60,433 nucleotides of DNA from Prasinococcaceae sp. CCMP 1430. Its lineage: Eukaryota > Plantae > Prasinodermophyta. Location: NCBI GenBank assembly GCA_013416795.1, contig RQSC01000003.1, positions 37,214 to 97,646 of the forward strand, in the 5' to 3' direction. Position numbers and translations under genes: made by a program. Position 1 is the first letter of the stretch, and each line of letters starts with the position of its first letter. Below the pieces are notes generated by a model. It did not search any database. It worked only from the letters and a program-made list of their open reading frames with translations, and had not been told where the DNA came from. Shown piece after piece: positions 43,858 to 55,800 of the stretch.

Positions 43858-46800
43858 CTACACACGGCGCTTCCCCTTAGCCTTTTCAATATCATCGGGG
43901 CTCGACGGCCCGTTGCCGCCGCGCAGTCCCTTCACTCGTAGTGCAGGCGGTCGACGCAGGCCTCGCCCGCCCTCACCTGGGGGCACCGGATGGTGTTGCT
44001 GCCCCGCGCGGCGTCCATGGCGTGGCGCCGCATCGCCTGCGCGCGGCTCGCGTGGGGGCGCCGGCGCGGGCGCCGGCTTGCCCACGCCACGCAGCTGCCG
44101 CAGCGCGCCTGCGCGCAGTGGGCGGGCGGCCGCACCCGCGCCAGCACCGTCTGCGCCATAGGCTGGGAGCTGCGGGCGGCCAGCAGCGGCCCGCAACGCA
44201 GCGCGCGCGTTACCCACTGGTGCCCACGCCTTGGCCCTTGCGGGTGGTTGTGGCATCGCAGCAGCCTGCTGCGCACCCACGAAGAACGCCAGGCCTTCGT
44301 CCGTAGCGGGAGCACCAAAGCCTCCAGGCCTCACTGCAACAGCGGCTGGCGGTCGCAGCTGCTGCCTGTCACCGTCCGCGTTCGAGCCCTTCGAGCTACC
44401 ACGCTTGCTTTGCTCGATGCGCTTCACAAGGTCGCGTATGCCCTTGGCCCCTGCTGATGCCTTCTTGGAGCCGCCAATGGCTTTCACCTTGGACTGCCCC
44501 TTGCGCTTACGCGTAGCGAGACGCACCACAGTCAACGAGAGCGCGGCGATGGCGGCAGCGCCACTAATGCCGAGCGCTGCCAGCACGGGCGTGGTCAGCA
44601 CGATGGCCCTTTCACCGTCCGCAGGTCCGCTGCCAACGTCGATCGGGGGTGTGCCATCGCCAGGCGTCTGCACTCCGGCAGGCGTGTCCACCGTGGCTGG
44701 CATACCAGGTGGCGGCGGCGAAGGCGCCGGGCTCGTGCCGCCCCTGCCGGGCGTGTACCTTGGTGGCGGCAGTGGTGGCTCAGGGGGGGGCTGCGGCGTC
44801 GGAGGGGGGGCCGGGGGCGGACTGGGGCTCGCCATCGCGAGCTCCAGCGCTGTAAAGCTTGCGTCGAGCCCCAGGCTAATCACGGCCTCACGGACTTGTG
44901 CTGATCCAGCGGCAGTCAGCAGGCGTGTCGAAGTCTCCCGCGCCGCATCGCCATCTGGCACACGCAGCACCACAGCCAGGTCAACCGCCACTTGAGGCTC
45001 GTCCTCGGGCGGAACACCCACGGTTATCCATGAACCAGCCGCCGCGAAAGAGTCGCTCTGCTCGAGCTCCCTCTCAAGCGCGCCGCTAGATGTCGTCGCG
45101 AGTAGACTTTCAGCGAGCGCGGAAGCTTCCGCACCCGTCGCAGCACCCTTGACGGCGATTGGCACGCGCAGGGTGGCCTGCGAAAGCGAACGACGCCGCG
45201 TGTTGCTGGTCGCCGAGTAGCTGAGTTGGGCGTCGAAGCCCGCGGCTTGCGCGCGCTGCAGCGCGGCGCGGGCGGGCGCGCCCATCCCCGCAGCGCCAGA
45301 TCTGTCGCCGATGGCCACCTCGACACGCTCGCGTGCGATATGGTTGAGCTTTGCTATGAAGCTCGCCATTGCGTCTGCCATCTCTATGGTCCACTCGCCC
45401 ACGCCACCCAGATTCGCTGCCATGTAGACGGGAAACGTCACTACGATCTCGACCGCAGACTCGTCCACCCCCGCATCAGCGGCGACCGACGATCGCACAC
45501 TCGCCTTGGCAGCGGAGTCGAAGGCGGCCGCATCCGAACCGGTCAGCAGCACGTTGAACGCAACCGATGCATCGCTTGGAGGCGGGGGTGGGGTACGGCT
45601 GCGGGGTGGCGGCGGTGGGCTCGGGGGGGGCGCGGGCTCCGACCCATCTTCCACCTGCCCGCCTGACACCCACCATGGTGGCGGGGGGCTCGGGGGTAGC
45701 GGAGGCGGTGGCGGCGGGCTTGGAGGGGGCGGCGGGGACGGTGGCGGTGGCGGGCTCGGCGGGGGACTTGGCGGGGCCGACGGCGGTGGCGGCGACGGTG
45801 GTGGCGGAGGAAGAGGCGGTGGCGGCGGCGGTGGCGGTCGTGGCGGCGGTGGCGGGCTCGGCGGAGGGCTTGGTGGCGGAGATGGGGGCGGGCTCGGCGG
45901 CGGGCTCGGCGGTGGAGACGGTGGCGAGCTCGGAGGCGGGCTCGGCGGCAACGAGGGTGGCGGCGGAGGGCTTGGCGGCGGCGGTGGCGGAGATGGCGGC
46001 GGGGACGGGGGAGGCGGCGGACTCGGTGGCGGGCTCGGGCTTGGCGGCGGGCTCGGCGGCGGTGGGCTTGGAGGCGGGCTCGGCGGTGGGGGTGGGGGTG
46101 GCGGAGGACTCGGCGGAGGGGGCAGGGGCGGAGAAGGGGGCGGAGCCAGCGTGCAAATGTAGCTATCAGTGAGGTACTGCGAGAAGACCTCGGGGAAGGC
46201 CTCGGCGCACGTCGCTAGGCACAGTCCGGTGAGTGTGCTCGCAGTGTCGCACCCCTGCTCCACGGCGAGCGCGCACGCCTGTGCGCCCAACGTGTCCTGG
46301 CACAGGACGAGCGGGGGCGGCGGCGGTGGCGGCGGCCGCGGCGGTGGCGGCGGCGGCGGCGACGGCGGAGGGGGACTCGGCGGCGGCGACGGCGGCGGAA
46401 TCGGTGGTGGCGCTGGCGGAGAGGGCGGCAGCGGCGGAGGTGGGCACGGGCCAGTGACCCACTCGCCATATTGTCCGTACCCGTTGGAGGCGCCGTACGA
46501 GCTCGGGCCAGGGAACGCCGAGAAGGCATCATCGTAGTGCCTCCACTCAAGAGGGGCACACGGCGGTGGGCTCGGCGGCGGATAAGGGGGCGGGCTCGGC
46601 GGTGGTGATGGAGGCGGGCTCGGTGGCGGGCTCGGTGGCGGGCTCGGCGGCGGGCTCGGCGGCGGGCTCGGTGGCGGCCTGGGCGGGAGAGGCGGAGGCG
46701 GGCTCGGTGGCGGACTCGGCGGGGAGCTTGGAGGAGGAGATGGCGGCGGGCTCGGAGGAGGAGATGGCGGCGGGCTCGGCGGAGGAGATGGCGGCGGGCT

Positions 46801-49800
46801 CGGAGGAGGAGATGGCGGCGGGCTCGGCGGCGGGCTCGGAGGAGGGGATGGCGGCGGGCTCGGTGGCGGGCTCGGCGGCGGGCTCGGCGGCGGGCTCGGC
46901 GGCGGCGGCGGAGGAGGATTTGGCGGCGGCGGTGGGCTCGGAGGTGGCGACGGTGGCGGCGGCGGCGAAGGGAAGATGCACGGAGGTGCAGGCGGCGGGA
47001 AGGGAGGAGGAGGCGGGGAGCTTTCGCTTCCCGAACCGCCGTAGCCGTAGCCGTAGCCGTAGCCTGAGTGGTAGCCGTACCCATATCCGGAGCCGGAATT
47101 ATCACTACTGAGGAGTGACCTTCGCAGCCGAGCAGGCTGGAACGTGCTGAACATGTCCTCGAAATGATACGTGTCGTCGTCGCCGCTGCCAGCGCCGGCG
47201 CTGCCCGGAGGCACGCCCGGGGGCGGCGGGGGCGACGCTGCGAGCAGTCTGCGTGCGGCTACCTCCTCCGGTGGCGGAGGCACCGGCGGAGTCTGGCAGA
47301 ACGGCGGCGGAGGCGAGGGCGGTGGAGCCGGTGGCGGCGTGGGAGGCGAAGACGGCGGCAGCGGGGGCGGGGTGGGTGGTGGTGGACTAGGCGGCGGCGG
47401 CGGTGGCGGCATGATGACGCTGGCCGTGACCGTCGCCGATGGGGAGACGCTCTGCACCGCCGTGGCAAGGCTCGCCTCGTCGACATCACCGGCAGCCTCC
47501 TCGTCCATGATGGGTGCCACGAAGGTCATTTCCACAGCGAGGGCTGGCTCGGACGTGGTCTCTACGGTGGTGTTCAGTACCGCCGCGAGTTCGTCGGGGC
47601 TTTCTAGACTGCCAGCGACCTCGAGCGCGTCATCCACCTCGTCCTTGGGGAAGGTGATGCTGAACGAGAACGACACGGAAAGCAGGCGACGACCCTCACC
47701 ACCGCCCAGCGGGAGCGAGCCATTCAGCGGCCGTTCGGCCACAAAGTGGCTCGTCCCAGTGTCCTCGTGCACCAGGATGAAGCGAGGCAGCATGACGTCG
47801 AGGTAGACGTACGTCATGCCGTCCTGCGGTAGAGTCTCCGACAAGCCGCGCGGCGCTTTGGTCGTGCGTGCTGGCGCACCGACCTTCGCCGGTATCGCAG
47901 GTGGAGGGCTCGAGAATGTTCGCTCTCGACGCGCCTTCGCGCCGCGATGCTCGCCCTGGGAGCGCGTGCGCGCGCGTGGCAAAAACCACCATGCCCTGCC
48001 AGACTCGCGCGTCGCCACGAAGCGCCCGAAGCGCTTCCATGTCTTTGCTAGCACACCCAGGTAGCGCTCAGGCGTTGCAGCCGCTGCGCGCACGGGCGAA
48101 ACGCTGTGCATTGACAAGCGCCTGCGGCTCGAGCTGGACCCAAGCTGGATATATTCGATGGGCACGCCGTATGCCTGAGCGATCGCAAGCCTGAGGGCGT
48201 AGATGTCGTCACTGTTGCTCAGATCGTAGTCGGCGTCCAGGCTCATCTCAGCCTGGACCGACACGGTCGTCTCGGCCTCGACATTGGAAGCCCCGGTCGC
48301 ATTGGCGATGGCCTCCGCTGAAGCCTGCTCGAGGGCATCCAGATCCTGCTCCGCGAGGTCGTCGGTCGTCACTGAGCTCTGCGCCGTGGACTCCACCGTC
48401 GCGTAGATGGGAGGCGGTGGCGGCGGGCTCGGTGGCGGGTTCGGCGGCGGGCTTGGCGGGCTCGGCGGGCTGGGCGGCGGTGGCGGTGGGCTGGCTACCT
48501 GACACAGCGACAGCGACGGGAAAGTCACCTGGCACGTCTCCCTGCACAGGACCGTCGTCAGCGGGTCACCCGCAGGGCAGCCGTTGACCACCGCGTAGTT
48601 GCACACACCGGCACCGGCGATATCCGCGCACATCAGCGGCGGTGGAGGCGGCGGGCTCGGTGGCGGCGGCGGGCTCGGCGGGCTCGGCGGCGGATTGGGC
48701 GGCAAGCTCGGTGGCGGCACGGGAGGCGGCGGCATTGGTGGCGGGCTTGGTGGAGGAAGCGGAGGAGACGGAGGGGGCGCTGGCGGCGGCGAGCTCGGTG
48801 GCGCCGATGGCGGCGGAGGCGGGCTACGCAGTACGCACAGCGCCAGCGACGGGAACGCGGCCTGGCACGTCGCTGGGCAGATGTCTGTGGTCGAGATGTC
48901 ACCAGCCGGGCAGCCGCTCTGCACGACAATGTCACACGTCGCTGGGCTCGATGCTGCGTCCACGCACCAGTTAGGCGGCGGTGCAGGCGGAGGGCTGGGC
49001 GGCATCGGAGGAGACGGCGGAGACGGCGGAGACGGCGGGGTCGGTGGTGGACTCGGTGGCGGAGACGGCGGCGAGCTCGGCGGTGGCGGAGACGGAGGCG
49101 CGCTTGGCGGTGGATGCGGCGGCGGGGACGGCGGCAAGCTCGGTGGCGGGCTTGAGGGCGGACTCGGCGGCGGCCTCGGGGGCGGAGGCGGGCTCGGGGG
49201 TGGGCTCGGGGGCGTGCACACGCTAAGCGACGGAAAAGCCGCCTGGCAGCTCGCCTGGCAGAGCACTGTCGTCGCGCTTGAGGACGCAGGGCATCCTAGC
49301 CGCACGACCATGTCGCATGCCGCCGAATCTCCCCGGTCGTAGCACCAAAATGGCGGTGGGCTCGGCGGCGAGCTCGGCGGCGGCGGTGGCGGAGGTGGGC
49401 TCGGCGGCGCGCTCGGTGGCGGGCTTGGGGGTGCCAGCGGCGGCGGGCTCGGCGGCTGCTCTGGAGGAGGAGCGGGCGGCGGGCTCGGCGGCGGCGGGCT
49501 CGGCGGTGCTGAGGGCGACGGAGGCGGCATGCGCAGCTCACACAGCCCCAGCGAAGGCATCGCATACTGGCACGATGCCCTGCACAGAGTGCGAGTGGCG
49601 AGCGTGTCGCTTGCACACTCGCCAGACTCGACCACAGCCGCACACGCCTCCGTCGATATGAGGTCGGAGCACCAGTCCGGCGGTGGCGACGGAGGTGGGC
49701 TCGGGGGCGGTGGTGGACTGGGCGGAGGCGAGGGTGGTGGGCTCGGCGGCGGGCTCGGCGGCGGGCTCGGCGGCGGAGATGGAGGCGGGCTCGGCGGCGG

Positions 49801-52800
49801 GCTCGGCGGCGGAGACGGAGGCGGGCTCGGCGGTGGGCTCGGCGGCGGAGATGGAGGCGGGCTCGGCGGCGGGCTCGGCGGAGGCGGGCTCGGCGGAGGA
49901 CTTGGTGGCGGAGGGCTCGGCGGTGGTGGGCTCAGCAGCACGCAGATGTCGAGCGAGGGGAAGGAGTACGAGCAGGTCGCCGCACAGTACACCTCAGTGC
50001 CCATGTCCCCGACAGGGCATCCTGCGTCCACGACGGCGGCGCAGGCCGAGGGGCTGACCAGATCGGTACAGAAGTTCGGCGGCGGCGGGCTTGGCGGTGG
50101 GCTCGGCGGCGGCGGGCTCGGCGGCGGGCTCGGCGGCGGGCTCGGCGGCGGGCTCGGCGGGGNNNNNNNNNNNNNNNNNNNNNNNNNNNNNNNNNNNNNN
50201 NNNNNNNNNNNNNNNNNNNNNNNNNNNNNNNNNNNNNNNNNNNNNNNNNNNNNNNNNNNNNNNNNNNNNNNNNNNNNNNNNNNNNNNNNNNNNNNNNNNN
50301 NNNNNNNNNNNNNNNNNNNNNNNNNNNNNNNNNNNNNNNNNNNNNNNNNNNNNNNNNNNNNNNNNNNNNNNNNNNNNNNNNNNNNNNNNNNNNNNNNNNN
50401 NNNNNNNNNNNNNNNNNNNNNNNNNNNNNNNNNNNNNNNNNNNNNNNNNNNNNNNNNNNNNNNNNNNNNNNNNNNNNNNNNNNNNNNNNNNNNNNNNNNN
50501 NNNNNNNNNNNNNNNNNNNNNNNNNNNNNNNNNNNNNNNNNNNNNNNNNNNNNNNNNNNNNNNNNNNNNNNNNNNNNNNNNNNNNNNNNNNNNNNNNNNN
50601 NNNNNNNNNNNNNNNNNNNNNNNNNNNNNNNNNNNNNNNNNNNNNNNNNNNNNNNNNNNNNNNNNNNNNNNNNNNNNNNNNNNNNNNNNNNNNNNNNNNN
50701 NNNNNNNNNNNNNNNNNNNNNNNNNNNNNNNNNNNNNNNNNNNNNNNNNNNNNNNNNNNNNNNNNNNNNNNNNNNNNNNNNNNNNNNNNNNNNNNNNNNN
50801 NNNNNNNNNNNNNNNNNNNNNNNNNNNNNNNNNNNNNNNNNNNNNNNNNNNNNNNNNNNNNNNNNNNNNNNNNNNNNNNNNNNNNNNNNNNNNNNNNNNN
50901 NNNNNNNNNNNNNNNNNNTCGCCGGCGGCGGGCTCGGGGGCGGGGAAGGCGGCGGGCTCGGCGGCGGAGACGGCGGCGGGCTCGGCGGCTGAGACGGCGG
51001 GGGGCTCGGCGGTGGAGACGGTGGCGAAGATGGCGGCGGGCTCGGCGGCGGACTCGGTGGTGGAGATGGTGGCGGGCTCGGTGGCGGTGGGCTCGGCGGT
51101 GGGCTCGGCGGCGGCGGGCTCGGCGGCGGGCTCGGTGGGGGGCTTGGCGGCGGGCTGGGTGGCGGAGGTGAGAGTAGCACACAGATGCCGAGCGAAGGAT
51201 AGGCGTATGTACAGCTTGCCTGGCAGAAGATCTGCGTCATCGTATCCGATGCGGGGCAGCCTTGGTCGATGATCGCGGCACAGAGCGTTGGTTCAATGAG
51301 GTCCTGGCACCAGTTCGGGGGCGGCGGGCTCGGCGGAGGGCTCGGCGGCGGGCTCGGCGGTGGAGAGGGCGGCTGGGGCGGCGGGCTTGGTGGAGGTGAC
51401 GGCGGCGGGATCGGCGGTGGGCTCGGCGGCGGTCGCGGCGGAGGCGACGGTGGCGGAGAGGGCGGCGGAGAGGGTGGCGGCGAAGGTGGAGGAGACGGCG
51501 GTGGCGACGGCGGTTGAGATGGCGGTGGAGACGGCGGTGGAGATGGCGGTGGTAGAGGGCTCGGCGGCGGAGACGGTGGCGGAGACGGCGGCGGAGACGG
51601 TGGGGGTGACGGCGGCAGAGGAGGCGGACTCGGCGGCAGGCTCGGCGGCGGGCTTGGGGGCGGGCTCGGCGGTGGATTCGGAGGCGACAGAACGACGCAC
51701 AGGTCGAGCGACGGAAACGCATACTGGCACGAGGACGGGCAGAGGTACGTTGTAGACATGTCGGCCGGGCAGCCGTACTCCTCCACAAAGTCCGCGCACA
51801 ACTCGTTGGAGATCAGGTTGAAGCAGTAGTTCGGAGGGGGTGCTGGAGGTGGAGACGGAGGCGGAGGACTCGGTGGTGGGCTCGGCGGCGGACTCGGCGG
51901 AGGACTCGGCGGAGGTTTCGGCGGAGGACTCGGCGGAGGACTCGGCGGCGGCGAGGGAGGAGGGCTCGGAGGAGGACTCGGAGGCGGTGAGGGAGGAGGG
52001 CTCGGCGGCGGGCTCGGAGGCGGGCTCGGAGGCGGGCTCGGCGGCGGACTCGGCGGCGGGCTCGGCGGCGGACTCGGCGGAGGACTCGGCGGCGGCGAGG
52101 GAGGAGGGCTCGGAGGAGGACTCGGTGGCGGGCTCGGAGGCGGGCTCGGAGGCGGACTCGGCGGCGGGCTCGGCGGCGGGCTCGGAGGCGGACTCGGCGG
52201 AGGGCTCGGAGGCGGTGGGCTCGGCGGAGGGCTCGGCGGAGGGCTCGGAGGAGGCAACGGCGGAGGGCTCGGAGGAGGCGACGGCGGCGGAGGTGGGCTC
52301 AGCAGCTGGCACAGACCCAGCGACGGGTAGCTGTACATGCACGTCGCAGGGCAGAGCACCGTGGTCGCAACATCATCCGCTGGACATCCATTCGCTGCCA
52401 CAATCGCTGCGCACTGGGACGAATCGACAGTGTCCGCGCATATCGCCGGCGGCGGGCTTGGCGGCGGCGGGCTCGGCGGCGGAGACGGCGGCGGAGACGG
52501 GCTCGGTGGCGGAGAGGGCGGCGGGCTCGGTGGCGGCGGACTCGGAGGCGGGCTCGGAGGCGGAGACGGCGGCGGAGATGGCGGCGGGCTCGGTGGGGGA
52601 GACGGCGGTGCGCTCGGCGGAGGGCGAGGCGGTGGCGACGGCGGAGGGCTCGGAGGAGGAGACGGCGGCGGCGGCGGTGGCGGAGACGGCGGCGGGCTCG
52701 GAGGGGGAGGCGGCGACGGCAGGAAGCATATCTCCAGAGAAGGGAAGTTGTGCATGCATGTGGCAGGGCACAGCTGGGTGGTGCCGAGGCTATCCGCAGG

Positions 52801-55800
52801 ACACCCCAGGCCAACGACAGTGGCGCAGTCCGACGCATCGACTGTGTCGACGCACGTCACTGGCGGCGGTGGCAGCGGGGGCGGCGGCGGACTCGGCGGC
52901 GGGCTCGGCGGCGGGCTCGGCGGAGGACTCGGTGGCGGACTCGGCGGAGGACTCGGCGGTGGGCTCGGCGGAGGACTCGGCGGAGGACTCGGCGGCGGAC
53001 TCGGCGGCGGTGAGGGAGGAGGGCTCGGAGGAGGACTCGGCGGCGGGCTCGGCGGCGGGCTCGGCGGTGGAGACGGCGGCGGGCTCGGAGGCGGGCTCGG
53101 AGGCGGACTCGGCGGCGGGCTCGGCGGCGGGCGTGGGGGCGGAGACGGCGGAGGGCTCGGAGGCGGGCTCGGGGGAGGGCTCGGCGGCGGGCTTGGAGGC
53201 GGGCTCGGTGGTGGTGAGGGAGGCGGTGACGGAGGAGGGCTCGGGGGAGGGCTCGGCGGTAGTGAAGGAGGAGGGCTCGGTGGCGGAGACGGTGGTGGTT
53301 GGGGCGGTGGTGGTGGCAGCGGAGGTGGACTTGGCGGAGGCGAGGGCGGCGGTGGTGACAGGAGCACACACAGCGACATTGAAGGATAGGCGTATTGGCA
53401 AGAGGCAGGGCAGAGCACCGTCGTTGATGTGTCGTTCGCAGGGCATCCCTCCGCAACGATCGTGGCACAGAGAGCTGCGCTGATCTGGTCTGCACAATAG
53501 TTTGGCGGTGGAGCTGGTGGTGGCGATGGCGGTGGGGACGGTGGCGGTAAAGGAGGTGGGGACGGCGGTGCTGATGGAGGCGGTGGTGGGCTAGGAGGAG
53601 GTGAAGGCGGAGGGCTCGGCGGAGGACTCGGGGGCGGGCTCGGAGGCGGGCTCGGTGGAGCACTCGGGGGCGGGCTCGGTGGTGGGCTCGGCGGCGGGCT
53701 CGGTGGTGGTGGGCTTGGCGGAGGACTCTGCAAAACGCAGAACGAGAATCCCGGGTTGTTGTACGTGCACGTTGCCGGACACAAAAACGTCGTCGCCAGC
53801 GAGGTCACCGAGCAACCACTTGCAACAACATCAGCACAGAGCGATGCCGGGATCTGGTCCTCGCAAAACGAGGGCGGCGGGCTCGGTGGAGGCGCCGGCG
53901 GCGGAGGATTCGGCGGAGGGCTCGGGGGGGGACTCGGCGGAGGGCTCGGAGGCGGGCTCGGCGGAGGACTCGGCGGAGGGCTCGGAGGCGGGCTCGGCGG
54001 AGGGCCCGGAGGCGGGCTCGGAGGCGGGCTCGGAGGCGGGCTCGGAGGCGGGCTCGGAGGCGGGCTCGGAGGAGGGCTCGGAGGCGGGCTCGGAGGAGGG
54101 CTCGGAGGCGGGCTCGGAGGCGGGCTCGGAGGCGGGCTCGGCGGAGGGCTCGGAGGAGGTGGAGGGCTCGGAGGAGGAGACGGCGGGGGCGGAGACTGCA
54201 GCACGCACAGCCCCAGCGAAGGGAAACTGTACATGCACGAAGCCTCGCACAGGCCGGTGATCACCTCGCCAGCCGGGCACCCGTTGCTCACAGCAGCTGT
54301 GCACGCTGCCACGCTCTCGACGTCAGAACAGAAGTTCGGAGGCGGAAACGGCGGTGGAGACGGCGGAGGACTCGGCGGCGCGCTTGGCGGGGGACTCGGA
54401 GGCGGGCTCGGAGGCGGGCTCGGAGGGGGCGGTGCCGGCGGCAACGGGGGCGGGCTCGGCGGCGGCGGAGGCGACGGAAGATGGCACAAATTCAACGACG
54501 GGACGTTGAACATGCACGAGGCCGGGCACATGACGGTCGTCGAGATGGAGCTCGCGTCGCAACCCGCAGCGACCACCGACGCACACGTCGACGCGCTGGC
54601 GATGTCAACGCACGTGAAAGGCGGCGGGGGCGACGGCGGTGGAGGAGGTGATGGCGGAGGTGGGCTCGGGGGAGGGCTCGGCGGAGGGCTCGGAGGCGGG
54701 CTCGGCGGAGGACTCGGCGGAGGGCTCGGAGGCGGGCTCGGCGGAGGGCCCGGAGGCGGGCTCGGAGGCGGGCTCGGAGGCGGGCTCGGAGGCGGGCTCG
54801 GAGGCGGGCTCGGAGGAGGGCTCGGAGGCGGGCTCGGCGGAGGGCTCGGCGGAGGGCTCGGCGGTGGGCCCGGTGGTGGAGATGGCGGTGTGCTTGGTGG
54901 CGGAGGTTGCGGTGGGCTCGGTGGAGGAGACGGCGGGGCACTCGGCGGTGGGGGGCTTAGTAGGGTGCAGAGACCTAGTGAAGGGTAGTTGAACTGGCAC
55001 GTGGCCGGGCACAGGATGGTGGTACTTGTGTCGCCCACGGGGCAACCATTGGAGAGCACGGATGCACACGTCGCACTGCTCGCAACGTCCGCACACCAAT
55101 ATGGCGGCGGGGGCGGGGGCGGAGAGGGTGGCGAGGGGGGTGGAGGCGAGGGGGGCGGGCTCGGAGGGGGCGTTGGCGACGGAGGAGGGCTGGGCGGCTG
55201 GCTTGGTGGTGGTGGGCTCGGCAGCCAGCACAGGTCCAGGGAAGGGTACCTCTTCATGCAAGATGCGGGGCACAACGATGTCGTGCCGGCATCCCCTGCT
55301 GGACACCCCTCGTTGACCACAAGCTCACAGAGTGACGCACTGATCTGATCCACACACATATAGGGTGGGGGCGGAGTTGGTGGGGGAGGGCTCGGAGGCG
55401 GACTCGGCGGAGGACTCGGAGGTGGGCTCGGTGGCGGGCTCGGTGGCAGACTCGGCGGTGGACTCGGCGGCGGGCTCGGCGGTGGGCTCGGCGGCGGAGA
55501 AGGCGGCGGAGAAGGAGGCGGGCTCGGAGGCGGGCTCGGCGGAGCACTCGGCGGCGGGCTCGGCGGCGGAGATGGCGGCGGGCTCGGAGGCGGGCTCGGC
55601 GGTTGGCTCGGCGGCGGGCTCGGCGGCAAGCTTGGTGGCGGGCTCGGAGGAGGGCTCGGAGGTTGGCTCGGAGGTGGCGGAGGGCTAGGTGGCGGTGGTG
55701 GGTTCGGTGGCAGACTCGGCGGGGGGGGGCTCGGCGGCGGACTTTGGAGCACGCACAGCGCGAGTGACGGGAAGGCGTACATGCAGGATGCCGGGCACAT

